DNA of 64,000 nucleotides from Escherichia coli (GTDB lineage Bacteria; Pseudomonadota; Gammaproteobacteria; Enterobacterales; Enterobacteriaceae): NCBI RefSeq assembly GCF_024223415.1, contig NZ_CP100501.1; one strand, 5' to 3'. Shown piece by piece: positions 32,686 to 43,206 of this stretch (position 1 is its first letter; each line of letters starts with the position of its first letter). The notes under the pieces were generated by a model. It saw only the letters and a program-made list of their open reading frames with translations, ran no database searches and was not told where the DNA came from. The position numbers and the translations under genes were made by a program.

Positions 32686-33036
32686 CACATCCCCGTCAAT
32701 ACGGCCCTCGCTGTACGCTCACGTCTTAGGACCGGAGAAACGCAGACGGCGTACCACACAGGAAAAGATCGCAATTGTTCAGCAGAGCTTTGAACCGGGG
32801 ATGACGGTCTCCCTCGTTGCCCGGCAACATGGTGTAGCAGCCAGCCAGTTATTTCTCTGGCGTAAGCAATACCAGGAAGGAAGTCTTACTGCTGTCGCCG
32901 CCGGAGAACAGGTTGTTCCTGCCTCTGAACTTGCTGCCGCCATGAAGCAGATTAAAGAACTCCAGCGCCTGCTCGGCAAGAAAACGATGGAAAATGAACT
33001 CCTCAAAGAAGCCGTTGAATATGGACGGGCAAAAAA

Positions 33037-33942
33037 GTGGATAGCGCACGCGCCCTTATTGCCCGGGGATGGGGAGTAAGCTTAGTCAGCCGTTGTCTCC
33101 GGGTGTCGCGTGCGCAGTTGCACGTCATTCTCAGACGAACCGATGACTGGATGGATGGCCGCCGCAGTCGTCACACTGATGATACGGATGTGCTTCTCCG
33201 TATACACCATGTTATCGGAGAGCTGCCCACGTATGGTTATCGTCGGGTATGGGCGCTGCTTCGCAGACAGGCAGAACTTGATGGTATGCCTGCGATCAAT
33301 GCCAAACGTGTTTACCGGATCATGCGCCAGAATGCGCTGTTGCTTGAGCGAAAACCTGCTGTACCGCCATCGAAACGGGCACATACAGGCAGAGTGGCTG
33401 TGAAAGAAAGTAATCAGCGATGGTGCTCTGACGGGTTCGAGTTCCGCTGTGATAACGGAGAAAAACTGCGAGTCACGTTCGCGCTGGACTGCTGTGACCG
33501 TGAGGCACTGTACTGGGCGGTCACTACGGGCGGCTTCGACAGTGAAACAGTACAGGACGTCATGCTGGGAGCGGTTGAACGCCGCTTCGGCAACGAGCTT
33601 CCGGCGTCTCCAGTAGAGTGGCTGACGGATAATGGTTCATGCTACCGGGCTAATGAAACACGGCAGTTTGCCCGGATGTTGGGGCTTGAACCGAAGAGCA
33701 CGGCGGTGCGGAGTCCGGAGAGTAACGGCATAGCAGAGAGCTTCGTGAAAACGATAAAGCGTGACTACATCAGTGTCATGCCCAAACCAGACGGGTTAAC
33801 GGCAGCAAAGAACCTTGCAGAGGCGTTCGAGCATTATAACGAATGGCATCCGCATAGTGCACTGGGTTATCGCTCGCCACGGGAATATCTACGGCAGCAA
33901 GCCAGTAATGGGTTAAGTGATAACAGGTGTCTGGAAATATAG
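33037..33942 (+). CDS. insD: IS2 InsD (OrfB), full length
   Basis: 301 aa, IS3-family integrase core. Confidence 0.9.
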
Positions 33943-34206
33943 GGGCAAATCCAAAAAATACTTAGGAATAATTTATGTAAAACAGGTTGTCGTCTTCATG
34001 ATTTAAACGCAGTACATATATATACTCTATAATAAATACAGGGAGTATCACGAGACGTCTGGATAAGAGGAATAACCAGAATAAATTGGTAAGGAATAAA
34101 GACACTTATTTCTATTGAGAAAAAACATTTATCCTGATGTGATTAGTATCAATGAAATAATGTGCTTGTATGGTTGATAAAAATGCATCACTAAAGAAAA
34201 AACAGT

Positions 34207-37200
34207 ATGAATAAGAATATACGAATTTTACAGTTTCTGGTCAGTATACTTTATTCTGTGCAGTCTCATTTTTCTGGTGCGCAAACAATACAACTGAATG
34301 GTAATGGTATACCTGAAAGTATAACCAGGAGTATTACAGGTGTTGATGGAAACGCGGCGCTTAATATCAGCGTGCCGTATAAAACAAGTTATACTCAAAA
34401 TATACTATCTGTTGAAAGCAGTATTAACATCAAAGGAGGAACAAGCAATACATCAATCGGTGGTGCAGGTGTCTACGGTGAAAACTTTACGCTAAATAAT
34501 AATGGTAGTGTTTGGGGAGGAGATGGATATAATGGTGGAGTTGCTGTTAGTGGCAACAAAATATCTATAAACAATTACAGAAATGTATATGGGGGTAATG
34601 GTCTTGGTGGCTCAGGAAGTAGCGGAGGTGCAGGGTTAAGCGGGGATGATATTATAGTTGATAATTACAGAAGTATATACGGAGGTGATGATCTAGGTGG
34701 GACAGGTGGTTCCGGTGTAACCGGGAGCAATATTACAGTGCATAATTCCGGAGGAATATGGGGTGGTAATGGCGTAAACGGTGGTGATGGTATTAATGGT
34801 AGTAATCTTTTCATTACTAACGACAACATGATATCTGGAGGATATGGAATAAAACAAGGGGGAGATGCTATTTCTGGAAATCAAATCACTTTGAATAATA
34901 ACGGTATTGTTCAGGGGGGATATGGCCCCGACGGTAGTTGCTCTGTTTATGGAGAAGATATCCATATTAATAATCATGGTAATATTTCAGGCTCATATAA
35001 TAGCCAAAAAGATGCTTATAACACATCAATAATTTTTTCTGCTGGGTATAATTCATTAGATATTTATTCAGATTCTGTGATTAATGGTGATATTAAACTA
35101 GCTAGTATACCTGTTAATGGTACAAATGAATTAATTATTAAAAACATCAATAACGCAACAGCAATTAATGGTGGGCTAATGATTGGGAATGGCTCGTCTG
35201 TTTATCTGTCAGGCAAGAACATCATTTTTAACGGAAATATAAGTATTGATGAAGACGCATCTATGAACCTGTCTGCAGGAAATGCTAATGTTCACGCAAA
35301 TACTATTACATTAAAAAGTGATTCATGGCTTAATATAGACACATCAATTAAGAACTGGACTCAGGACTATTACACATTATTGTCGTCAGACACAGGTATC
35401 TCGATCGCTGATAATAGTCACATTGTACAATACAATGTATTACTGACAGAAGGTGCTGAAAGTTATGTTTATACGTCTTTAAATGACGACGATAACAAAC
35501 TGATATCCATGCTGAGATGGAATAATACAAAAGGGATGGGATATGGAACCTTTAATATAGAAAAAGATGCCACTCTGAACATAGGAGTTTCTCTTTCCGA
35601 TAATCTTTCACCTTTATTATATGATGGCTGGGACGGCAAAAGTCTGACAAAATCAGGTAATGGTACTCTTATACTTTCTGCAACAAACAACTATACAGGA
35701 AATACAGAGGTTAAATCTGGCGTATTAATTCTTGCTGCACCTGATGCTCTTGGTCGGACTGAGTATTTATATTTATCCCGTGGCGCAGAACTGGATATGA
35801 ATGGGTATCCTCAGACAATAAGCAAACTACTGACGGCTGCAGGCTCTGTGCTGAACATTCATGGCGGAAGCCTGATACTGAATAATGGAGGAGAATCTGC
35901 AGGTACTATTGCAGGGGATGGTTCTCTGAACATAAATGGGGGAATGCTTGATATAACGGGTAATAATCGTAATTTTTCCGGTGTTTTTACCGTGAATAAG
36001 GGGGCTCAGTTGGCTGTATCCACGGCTGATAATCTGGGGACAGCCTTTGTTGATAACTATGGCACATTAACTCTGAACAGTACATCAGCATGGCAGCTTA
36101 CCAACAATATCAGTGGTTATGGTAATGTTCGCAAGACGGGAGCAGGTGCACTGAACATTAGCGATAACGCAAAATGGACCGGGATGACAGATATTATTCA
36201 GGGGACATTGATTCTGGGTAACGCAGATTCACCGGTGATGCTCGGCAGTAACCAGGTCATTGTTGAAGAGCAGGGCAAACTCTCCGGGTTTGGGGGCGTT
36301 GCAGGAAATCTGAGCAATAGTGGTATAGTCGATCTCACTACATATATGCCGGGTAATATACTGACTGTCGGAGGGAATTACACTGGCAGAAATGGACTTA
36401 TTCTCCTCCAGACAGAAACAGGTGGTGACAATTCGAAAACAGATCGTCTGGTGATTAAAGGTAATGCCAGTGGCCGTACCCGTGTCGCTGTTACTCAGGC
36501 CGGTGGTACTGGTGCAGAGACACTTAATGGGATTGAAGTGATTCACGTCAGTGGCAATGCTGATAATGCTGAATTCATTCAGACGGAACGTATTACAGCC
36601 GGAGCTTATGATTACATACTGAAACGTGGTCAGGGGATTAACAGCACTAACTGGTATCTGATTAGCAGAAAAGACATTCCTGTACCACAACCTGAAGCTG
36701 TACCGGAAAACCATGATAATAATTTGCGTCCTGAGGCAGGTAGCTATGTTGCCAGTATTGCTGCTGCAAATAATCTGTTTGTAACGAATCTGTATGAACG
36801 ACAGGGACAGGAGTTGTATATCAGCCACATGACAGGAGAAGAAAATGAAGCAGGTATCTGGATGTATAATAAAGGAAAACATAATCGCTGGCGTGACAAC
36901 AGTAGTCAGCTGAGAACCCGGGGGAATAGCTACGTTGTGTTAATAGGGGGAGATATAGCTCAGTGGAGCCTGAATGGTACCGATCGCTGGCATACAGGTA
37001 TGATGGCTGGCTATGGTCATAATCATAACAGTACGAATGCCCTGAGCACCGGATACCATTCGGAAGGAAGAATGAATGGATACACTGCGGGTCTTTATGC
37101 AACATGGTATGCCAATGATGAAACACACAATGGTTCTTATCTTGATAGCTGGCTGCAATACAGCTGGTTTGATAATCATATAAATGGAGAACGGCTGCCT

Positions 37201-37704
37201 GCTGAGTCATGGAAGTCAAAAGGGTTTACGGTATCTCTGGAAGCAGGATATTCATGGAAGGCTGGAGAGTTTACCGACAATTACAAGGGAAGTCATGAAT
37301 GGTATGTTCAGCCGCAGCTTCAGGTTGTCCGGATGAATGTAAAATCAGACAGACATCGTGAAAGTAACGGAACCAGTATTGAAAATACCGGTAACGGAAA
37401 TATTCTCACTCGCCTGGGAGCGAGAACATGGTTTGTCAGTAAAAACGGTAAGAATTCACGGTATGCAGTTCCTCTCAGGCCATTTGTAGAAGTAAACTGG
37501 CTGCACAATAGTCGTGTTTTCGGCACCAGTATGAATGGTGTAAGTATTTACCAGGATGGGGCGCATAATATCGGAGAAATAAATGGTGGTGTTGTGGGAG
37601 TGATAACTCCAGAAGTGGTATTGCGGGCTGATGCAGGCATTCAACTTGGAGAGCATGGATACCGCAATGCATCTGCTATGTTCGGCGTGGAATATCGTTT
37701 CTGA
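34207..37704 (+). CDS. Type Va autotransporter (adhesin-like passenger, C-terminal beta-barrel)
   Basis: 1165 aa; signal peptide; Gly-rich repeats (GGNGxxG), pertactin-like passenger; terminal ..FGVEYRF aromatic end; low GC (about 38%). Confidence 0.8.
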   Translation: MNKNIRILQFLVSILYSVQSHFSGAQTIQLNGNGIPESITRSITGVDGNAALNISVPYKTSYTQNILSVESSINIKGGTSNTSIGGAGVYGENFTLNNNGSVWGGDGYNGGVAVSGNKISINNYRNVYGGNGLGGSGSSGGAGLSGDDIIVDNYRSIYGGDDLGGTGGSGVTGSNITVHNSGGIWGGNGVNGGDGINGSNLFITNDNMISGGYGIKQGGDAISGNQITLNNNGIVQGGYGPDGSCSVYGEDIHINNHGNISGSYNSQKDAYNTSIIFSAGYNSLDIYSDSVINGDIKLASIPVNGTNELIIKNINNATAINGGLMIGNGSSVYLSGKNIIFNGNISIDEDASMNLSAGNANVHANTITLKSDSWLNIDTSIKNWTQDYYTLLSSDTGISIADNSHIVQYNVLLTEGAESYVYTSLNDDDNKLISMLRWNNTKGMGYGTFNIEKDATLNIGVSLSDNLSPLLYDGWDGKSLTKSGNGTLILSATNNYTGNTEVKSGVLILAAPDALGRTEYLYLSRGAELDMNGYPQTISKLLTAAGSVLNIHGGSLILNNGGESAGTIAGDGSLNINGGMLDITGNNRNFSGVFTVNKGAQLAVSTADNLGTAFVDNYGTLTLNSTSAWQLTNNISGYGNVRKTGAGALNISDNAKWTGMTDIIQGTLILGNADSPVMLGSNQVIVEEQGKLSGFGGVAGNLSNSGIVDLTTYMPGNILTVGGNYTGRNGLILLQTETGGDNSKTDRLVIKGNASGRTRVAVTQAGGTGAETLNGIEVIHVSGNADNAEFIQTERITAGAYDYILKRGQGINSTNWYLISRKDIPVPQPEAVPENHDNNLRPEAGSYVASIAAANNLFVTNLYERQGQELYISHMTGEENEAGIWMYNKGKHNRWRDNSSQLRTRGNSYVVLIGGDIAQWSLNGTDRWHTGMMAGYGHNHNSTNALSTGYHSEGRMNGYTAGLYATWYANDETHNGSYLDSWLQYSWFDNHINGERLPAESWKSKGFTVSLEAGYSWKAGEFTDNYKGSHEWYVQPQLQVVRMNVKSDRHRESNGTSIENTGNGNILTRLGARTWFVSKNGKNSRYAVPLRPFVEVNWLHNSRVFGTSMNGVSIYQDGAHNIGEINGGVVGVITPEVVLRADAGIQLGEHGYRNASAMFGVEYRF

Positions 37705-37850
37705 TGACTCTTTACATTATGAACATTCTTCGCAATATATTGTTTATAAGGCATGGTTAGCTGGGGGAAGCGGAAAATATGAAGACAGTAATGATTTGAA
37801 CCGCCCCGGAAATCCTGGAGACTAAACTTCCTGAGAAAGATGTAAACAGG

Positions 37851-38177
37851 ATGACTAAAAATACTCGTTTTTCCCCCGAAGTCCGTCAACGGGCAGTTCG
37901 TATGGTTCTGGAAAGCCAGGGCGAATATGACTCACAATGGGCGGCAATTTGTTCCATTGCTCCAAAGATTGGCTGTACGCCAGAGACCCTGCGTGTCTGG
38001 GTTCGCCAGCATGAGCGGGATACCGGGGGCGGTGATGGTGGGCTCACCACCGCTGAACGTCAGCGTCTGAAAGAGCTGGAACGCGAAAATCGTGAACTGC
38101 GCCGCAGTAACGATATCCTTCGCCAGGCTTCCGCTTATTTTGCGAAGGCGGAGTTCGACCGCCTCTGGAAAAAATAA
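37851..38177 (+). CDS. IS629-like OrfA
   Basis: 108 aa HTH/leucine-zipper OrfA ending ..[14 protein letters not shown]. Confidence 0.85.
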   Translation: MTKNTRFSPEVRQRAVRMVLESQGEYDSQWAAICSIAPKIGCTPETLRVWVRQHERDTGGGDGGLTTAERQRLKELERENRELRRSNDILRQASAYFAKAEFDRLWKK

Positions 38178-38198
38178 TGCCACTGCTGGATAAGCTGC

Positions 38199-39044
38199 GT
38201 GAGCTGCAGTGAGCTGCATATTGCCCCGTCAACGTATTACCACTGTCAGCAACAGCAGCATCATCCTGATAAACGCAGCGCCCGTGCGCAGCGTGATGAC
38301 TGGCTGAAGAAAGAGATACAGCGCGTATACGATGAAAATCACCAGGTGTACGGTGTGCGTAAAGTCTGGCGTCAGTTGTTACGGGAAGGTATCAGAGTGG
38401 CCAGATGCACTGTGACACGTCTTATGGCGGTTATGGGTTTTGCCGATGTTCTCCGGGGTAAAAAGGTCCGCATTACCGTCAGCCGGAAAGCCGTTGCCGC
38501 AGGCGACCGCGTAAACCGTCATTTCGTGGCAGAACGTCCTGACCAGCTGTGGGTGGCTGATTTTACTTACGTCAGCACATGGCAGGGCTTTGTTTATGTG
38601 GCGTTCATCATTGATGTGTTTGCCGGATACATCGTGGGATGGCGGGTCTCCTCGTCCATGGAAACGACATTCGTGCTGGATGCACTGGAGCAGGCGTTGT
38701 GGGCCCGTCGTCCATCTGGCACCATCCATCACAGCGATAAAGGCTCTCAGTATGTATCGCTGGCCTACACGCAGCGGCTTAAGGAAGTCGGATTACTGGC
38801 ATCAACAGGGAGCACAGGCGACTCGTATGACAACGCGATGGCGGAGAGCATCAATGGTCTTTACAAGGCGGAGGTAATACACCGTAAGAGCTGGAAAAAC
38901 CGGACAGAAGTGGAGCTGGCTACACTCACGTGGGTGGACTGGTATAACAATCGACGATTGCTGGAAAGGCTGGGCCATACTCCCCCGGCAGAAGCAGAAA
39001 AAGCTTATTATGCTTCCATCGGAAACAATGATCTGGCAGCCTGA
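38199..39044 (+). CDS. IS629-like OrfB, N-terminus altered by deletion
   Basis: 281 aa, identical core to copy-1 OrfB but lacking the first approx. 15 residues. Confidence 0.7.
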   Translation: MSCSELHIAPSTYYHCQQQQHHPDKRSARAQRDDWLKKEIQRVYDENHQVYGVRKVWRQLLREGIRVARCTVTRLMAVMGFADVLRGKKVRITVSRKAVAAGDRVNRHFVAERPDQLWVADFTYVSTWQGFVYVAFIIDVFAGYIVGWRVSSSMETTFVLDALEQALWARRPSGTIHHSDKGSQYVSLAYTQRLKEVGLLASTGSTGDSYDNAMAESINGLYKAEVIHRKSWKNRTEVELATLTWVDWYNNRRLLERLGHTPPAEAEKAYYASIGNNDLAA

Positions 39045-39136
39045 GTTCACAGACAAAACATTCTCCAGGAAACCCGGGGCGGTTCAATATGGATACCAGC
39101 TGTTCACTTCCAGAGCGGGCTGTTACCCGCTCTGCG

Positions 39137-40369
39137 TCATGTTGCCGCCAGCGGGCGACAGATCGCCCGCAGGGCGACGGCGCTGCACAGCGGAAACAGC
39201 GCCAGCAGAAGCCAGGGATAAACCGCCTGCGGCGACGGAATGAGCGCCTGGTCAAGTAAATGACCGAGCAGTAAATTCCCGGCTAACACCGCGCACCCTC
39301 CTGCGGTGGCGAGCGCTCCGTAGTGGGCGCCCAGCGTCGACTCCTCGGCGAACAGCGGGATCAGATCCTTGGCTGCGGGCACTAACAGCATCTGGCCGAG
39401 GGTGAGCAGCGTGACAAAACCAGCCGCCGGCATTAACCGCAGCCAACTTTCGGCGGGTGGGGCGGCGGCGAATAACGCCACGCTGGCAAAGGAAGCCGAC
39501 AGCAGCAGAAAGCCCACCGGCAGGATGCGCACGGCGCCCATTCGCCGGGCGAAGCGGGCGAGAGGGAGCTGGAGGGTGATAATCAACAGCGAGGCCAGCA
39601 TAAAGAGCGGCGCCAGATCCTGCTCGCGGCCGCCGGAACGTTGGATCTCCACCGGCAGAGCGAGGTAGAGTTGGTTGTAGCTCAACAGCCATGAGCTGTA
39701 GGCGAGAATAAACGCGACAAAGCGCGGCTGGCGCAAAGGCGTCCACCATGGGACTCGTCTGCGCGTTGTTGTCGTGTGCCCGTCGGCGGGCAGACCGAAA
39801 AAGAGCACCGCCAGCGCCAGAAGAAATATTCCCGCGCCGGCGAGGGCGATATGTCGAAAGCCGATCCCGCTCAGCACGCCTCCGGCCACCGGGCCGATCA
39901 CCGCTCCCAGTTCACCGCATACCGCAAACAGCGCAAACCACTCGGCGCGGCTGCGTTTCCCGTTGGCCTGGCTGTGGGTACCGGCCCGCGCCAGCAGGGC
40001 CTCTATCGACGGGGAGAACAGGGCGCCGCCGACGCCGGTCAGGCAGGCGCCAAGGATAATGGCCCACAGCGACGCCCCGCACGCCAGCAGGAGAAAACCG
40101 GCGACGCGAACGACGCAGCCGGCGAGAATGATCGCCTTAGCGCCATAGCGGTCGGCCAGCGTCCCGCCGAGGATAAACATCCCCTGTTGGGAGAAGGTAC
40201 GCAGCCCGAGGATCAGGCCGATAAGTCCGCCTGAGAGCAGCATGTCGTCGCGCAGGAAGAGGGCGAGGAAAGGTACGACCGCGTAAAAGCCAATATTAAA
40301 AACGAACTGGCTTCCCAGTAACACCGGAGGCCAGAGGGTTGCCGCAGGGCGCAGGGAGAAAAGAGGCAT
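39137..40369 (-). CDS. MFS transporter
   Basis: Hydrophobic 12-helix-like protein; high GC; start chosen at MPLFSL. Confidence 0.65.
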   Translation of the reverse strand: MPLFSLRPAATLWPPVLLGSQFVFNIGFYAVVPFLALFLRDDMLLSGGLIGLILGLRTFSQQGMFILGGTLADRYGAKAIILAGCVVRVAGFLLLACGASLWAIILGACLTGVGGALFSPSIEALLARAGTHSQANGKRSRAEWFALFAVCGELGAVIGPVAGGVLSGIGFRHIALAGAGIFLLALAVLFFGLPADGHTTTTRRRVPWWTPLRQPRFVAFILAYSSWLLSYNQLYLALPVEIQRSGGREQDLAPLFMLASLLIITLQLPLARFARRMGAVRILPVGFLLLSASFASVALFAAAPPAESWLRLMPAAGFVTLLTLGQMLLVPAAKDLIPLFAEESTLGAHYGALATAGGCAVLAGNLLLGHLLDQALIPSPQAVYPWLLLALFPLCSAVALRAICRPLAAT

Positions 40370-40380
40370 ATCCGCCCAAC

Positions 40381-41065
40381 CTAAACGATGAAATGAATGT
40401 GCTTTTTGCCGTGGTAAGGGGAGATCTCGATTTTGGTTTTCACCCGGAAAACGTCCCACAGCAGCGCTTCGGACAAAATCTCCTCCGGCGTCCCGCTGGC
40501 GAGGATCTGCCCCTGCTGCATCACGATCAGCGAATCGCAGAACATCGCGGCATGGTTAAGATCGTGAATGGCCACAATGCTGGTTACCGGCAGCTCGCTG
40601 ATCAACTGCATTAACTGCATCTGATGGTGTATATCCAGATGGTTGGTCGGCTCATCCAGCAGGATTTCGCTCGGGCTCTGCGCCAGCGCGCGGGCGATAT
40701 GCACCCGCTGCCGCTCGCCGCCGGAGAGGCTTAACCATCCCTGTTCGCTTTTCTCCAGCATAGCTACCCGCTGCAGCGCGGCGGCAATCGCTTCGTCATC
40801 CTGAGCGCTCCAGTTTGAGAACGGAGAGTGGTGGGGAATGCGTCCCAGGCGCACGACGTCGCGCACCCGCATATTGGCCTCGGTCATGCCGTGTTGCTCG
40901 ACGCAAGCCACGCGGCGGGCGAGCTGCTTTTTCGCCATCCGGGCGATATCCTGGCCGTCGAGGGTGACGCGACCTGCATCCGGGCGGCACCCGCAGCGAG
41001 ACATTATTGACGATGACCTTTTTGCCTGCCTTCCAGGTGATATTTTCAGCGCAAATACTCATCAC
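40381..41065 (-). pseudogene. Siderophore/iron-type ABC transporter ATP-binding protein with in-gene deletion removing the Walker A P-loop
   Basis: N-terminal MSICAENITWKAGKKVIVNNVSLRVPPG joins out of frame to RPDAGRVTLDGQDI; signature LSGGERQR and Walker B LLDEPT present, no GxxGxGKS/T. Confidence 0.75.
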
Positions 41066-42099
41066 TTATTCCTTGAGCGGTAGATAATCACGGCAAAGAA
41101 AGGCACCCCAACCAGGGCGGTTACTACCCCAACGGGCAGACTTTGCGGGGCAATCAGCAGGCGCGACGCAATGTCCGCCAGTACCATCAATATCGCCCCT
41201 GCCAGCGCGCTGGCGATCAGCAACGTTCGGTGCAGCGGGCCAAAGAAGAAACGCATCACGTGCGGCACCACCAGGCCAACAAAGCCGATTGAGCCGGCCA
41301 TGCTGACGATGGTGGCGGTGATCAGCGCCGCAGTGGTGAAGAGGATCAGGCGCACGCGCGGCACAGCAATCCCCAGCGAGGCGGCGGCATCGTCGCCGAA
41401 GGTGAACGCGTCCAGCGCCCGGGCATACCACAGGCAGACCGCCAGACCCGCGAGCACCACCACGATGACCAACTGGAATTCGGGCCAGCGGACGCCGCTG
41501 AAGCTGCCCAGCAGCCAGAACATCACATCGCGCGCCTGCTGCGCGCTGGCGGTGGTGCTGATGGTATAGGCCGTGATGGCGTTAAATAACTGCGAGGCGG
41601 CGACGCCCGCAAGAATCGTACGCTCATTGCCGCCGCGCGCGCCGTTAGTCAGCAAGGCGACAAAGGCGAAGGCGGCGAAGGCCCCGGCAAAGGCGCCTGC
41701 CGAGAGGGAAATTGCGCCAGAGCCAAGGCCCAGCACCACGATCGACACCGCGCCGGTGGAGGCCCCGGCGGAGACGCCGAGGACGTAGGGTTCGGCGAGG
41801 GCATTCTTCAGCAAGCTTTGCAGCACGACACCGCAGATAGCGAGGCCGGCGCCGCAGCAGGCGGCGACCAGCGCGCGGCTGAGGCGGAAATCCCAGATAA
41901 CGCTCTCATAGATACGGTTGAGCGGCTCAGCGGTTAAGCCGGTTCTGTTGCTGATAGCATAAAAGACATTCTGCAGCGGGATGGCCAGCTCGCCAACGCT
42001 GACGCCCACAGCGATCACCAGCGCCAGCACGATCGCTGCCAGTACACACCAGCCGGTGAGCAGTATGCTGCGGCACGTCTCAATCGCGCCGACGCTCAT
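41062..42099 (-). CDS. FecCD-family ABC transporter permease
   Basis: 345 aa polytopic protein with FecCD-like motifs; overlaps neighbouring genes. Confidence 0.8.
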   Translation of the reverse strand: MSVGAIETCRSILLTGWCVLAAIVLALVIAVGVSVGELAIPLQNVFYAISNRTGLTAEPLNRIYESVIWDFRLSRALVAACCGAGLAICGVVLQSLLKNALAEPYVLGVSAGASTGAVSIVVLGLGSGAISLSAGAFAGAFAAFAFVALLTNGARGGNERTILAGVAASQLFNAITAYTISTTASAQQARDVMFWLLGSFSGVRWPEFQLVIVVVLAGLAVCLWYARALDAFTFGDDAAASLGIAVPRVRLILFTTAALITATIVSMAGSIGFVGLVVPHVMRFFFGPLHRTLLIASALAGAILMVLADIASRLLIAPQSLPVGVVTALVGVPFFAVIIYRSRNK

Positions 42100-43097
42100 C
42101 AGTTCAGCCCCATTTTTCTCAGCTGCTCGCCCACCTGCTCCGCGCCGTAAAGCGTGCGAATGGTCGGATTCATCGCCTGACCGTCCATGACCACGATATG
42201 GCCTTTTTTCACCGCCTCCAGCTGGCTGACGGCGGGATCGCTTTTGAGGAATTTGATCTTCTCCTCGGCTTTATCCAGCGCCCAGCGGTTACGATCCAGG
42301 CTGGCGACCACGATCACATCCGGGTTGGCGGCAATAATGCTCTCCCAGCTCACCGTGGGCCACTCGGTTTCGGAGGTAATCGCATTATGTCCGCCCAGCA
42401 CGCTGGCGATAAATCCGGAGGCGCTGTTTTTGCCGCCGACATAGGCATCGGCCGAAGGTGAGGCGCTGGAGAACCAGAAGACGAAGGAGAGATCCTTTTT
42501 GCTTTTACCAAACTCCTGGCGCAGGTCGGCTTCACGTTTTTTGAAATCGGCAATCAGCGCCTGACCACGATCTTCGACGTTGAAAATGCGGGAAAAATCG
42601 CTAATTTCCTGATACAGCCAGGTCATATCCCACAGCTTTTGCCGGCTGCCGTACATATCGCCGGTGGCCTTTTTGGTGGCGCACACCCCCGGTGAGACGT
42701 AGCTGTTCACGCCGACGGTGGCGAGATCTTCACGCCTGGCGACTTTGCTTTCCGGCCCCAGCAGCAGCGGCAACTGGGCGGGAACGAAATCAGGATTTTG
42801 CGCCAGCACCGATTCCAGGCTCGGAATTTCCACCGTCAAGGTTTTAATCTTCGCGTTTTGCTCAGCCAGCTGCGGTAAAACGCTGGTCGGCCAGAAGGCG
42901 CTGGCGACCACCTGCTTTTGCAGCCCGAGCAGCAGCAGAATTTCGACCGTATTTTGCCCCAGCGCGACCACGCGCTCCGGCGGCCGGGTGAAGGTCTCCT
43001 GATAGCCGCAGTTTTCAATCGTCAGGGGGTAGGTTGTTGCCAGCGCGGAACTGACGGCGGTGAACATCAAGCCTAACGCGCAAAGGACCTTCTTCAT
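42099..43097 (-). CDS. Periplasmic substrate-binding protein (iron-siderophore/cobalamin class)
   Basis: Signal peptide; 332 aa; operon context with FecCD-type permease. Confidence 0.75.
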   Translation of the reverse strand: MKKVLCALGLMFTAVSSALATTYPLTIENCGYQETFTRPPERVVALGQNTVEILLLLGLQKQVVASAFWPTSVLPQLAEQNAKIKTLTVEIPSLESVLAQNPDFVPAQLPLLLGPESKVARREDLATVGVNSYVSPGVCATKKATGDMYGSRQKLWDMTWLYQEISDFSRIFNVEDRGQALIADFKKREADLRQEFGKSKKDLSFVFWFSSASPSADAYVGGKNSASGFIASVLGGHNAITSETEWPTVSWESIIAANPDVIVVASLDRNRWALDKAEEKIKFLKSDPAVSQLEAVKKGHIVVMDGQAMNPTIRTLYGAEQVGEQLRKMGLN

Positions 43098-43206
43098 TAA
43101 ACGCTATCCTTGTAAACAGGCGAGTGGATGACCAGCAAATGGGAGTAATGCAAATGAAACTCATTATTATCGCGGGGTTTTATACAATGCCATATTTACA
43201 GTGTCA

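Larger units (their letters stand above)
30281..32722 (+). mobile_element. IS66-family insertion sequence (tnpA-tnpB-tnpC) inserted in IS2 insC
   Basis: Ends GTAAGCGTACAGCC.../...GCTGTACGCTCAC; flanked by 8-bp direct repeat GTCTTAGG (30273-30280 and 32723-32730). Confidence 0.9.
30173..33953 (+). mobile_element. IS2 (copy 2), complete ends but interrupted by an IS66-family element
   Basis: IRL TAGACTGGCCCCCTGAATCTCCAGACAACC at 30173; right end ..GGGGCAAATCCA at 33953; insC split after its fifth codon. Confidence 0.9.
37797..39086 (+). mobile_element. IS629-like (IS3 family) copy 2, with internal deletion at the orfA/orfB junction
   Basis: Same termini as copy 1; about 20 bp missing near the orfB start relative to copy 1. 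Confidence 0.85.

Noticed and set aside
34207-37704. Naming the autotransporter as AIDA-I, TibA or Ag43
   Set aside because: N-terminal and repeat sequences do not match what I recall for those proteins; only the family-level call is supported.
18808-39086. Calling the IS629-bounded region a composite transposon
   Set aside because: No matching target-site duplications flank the outer ends, and the two copies differ by distinct deletions; only the structural observation is reported.
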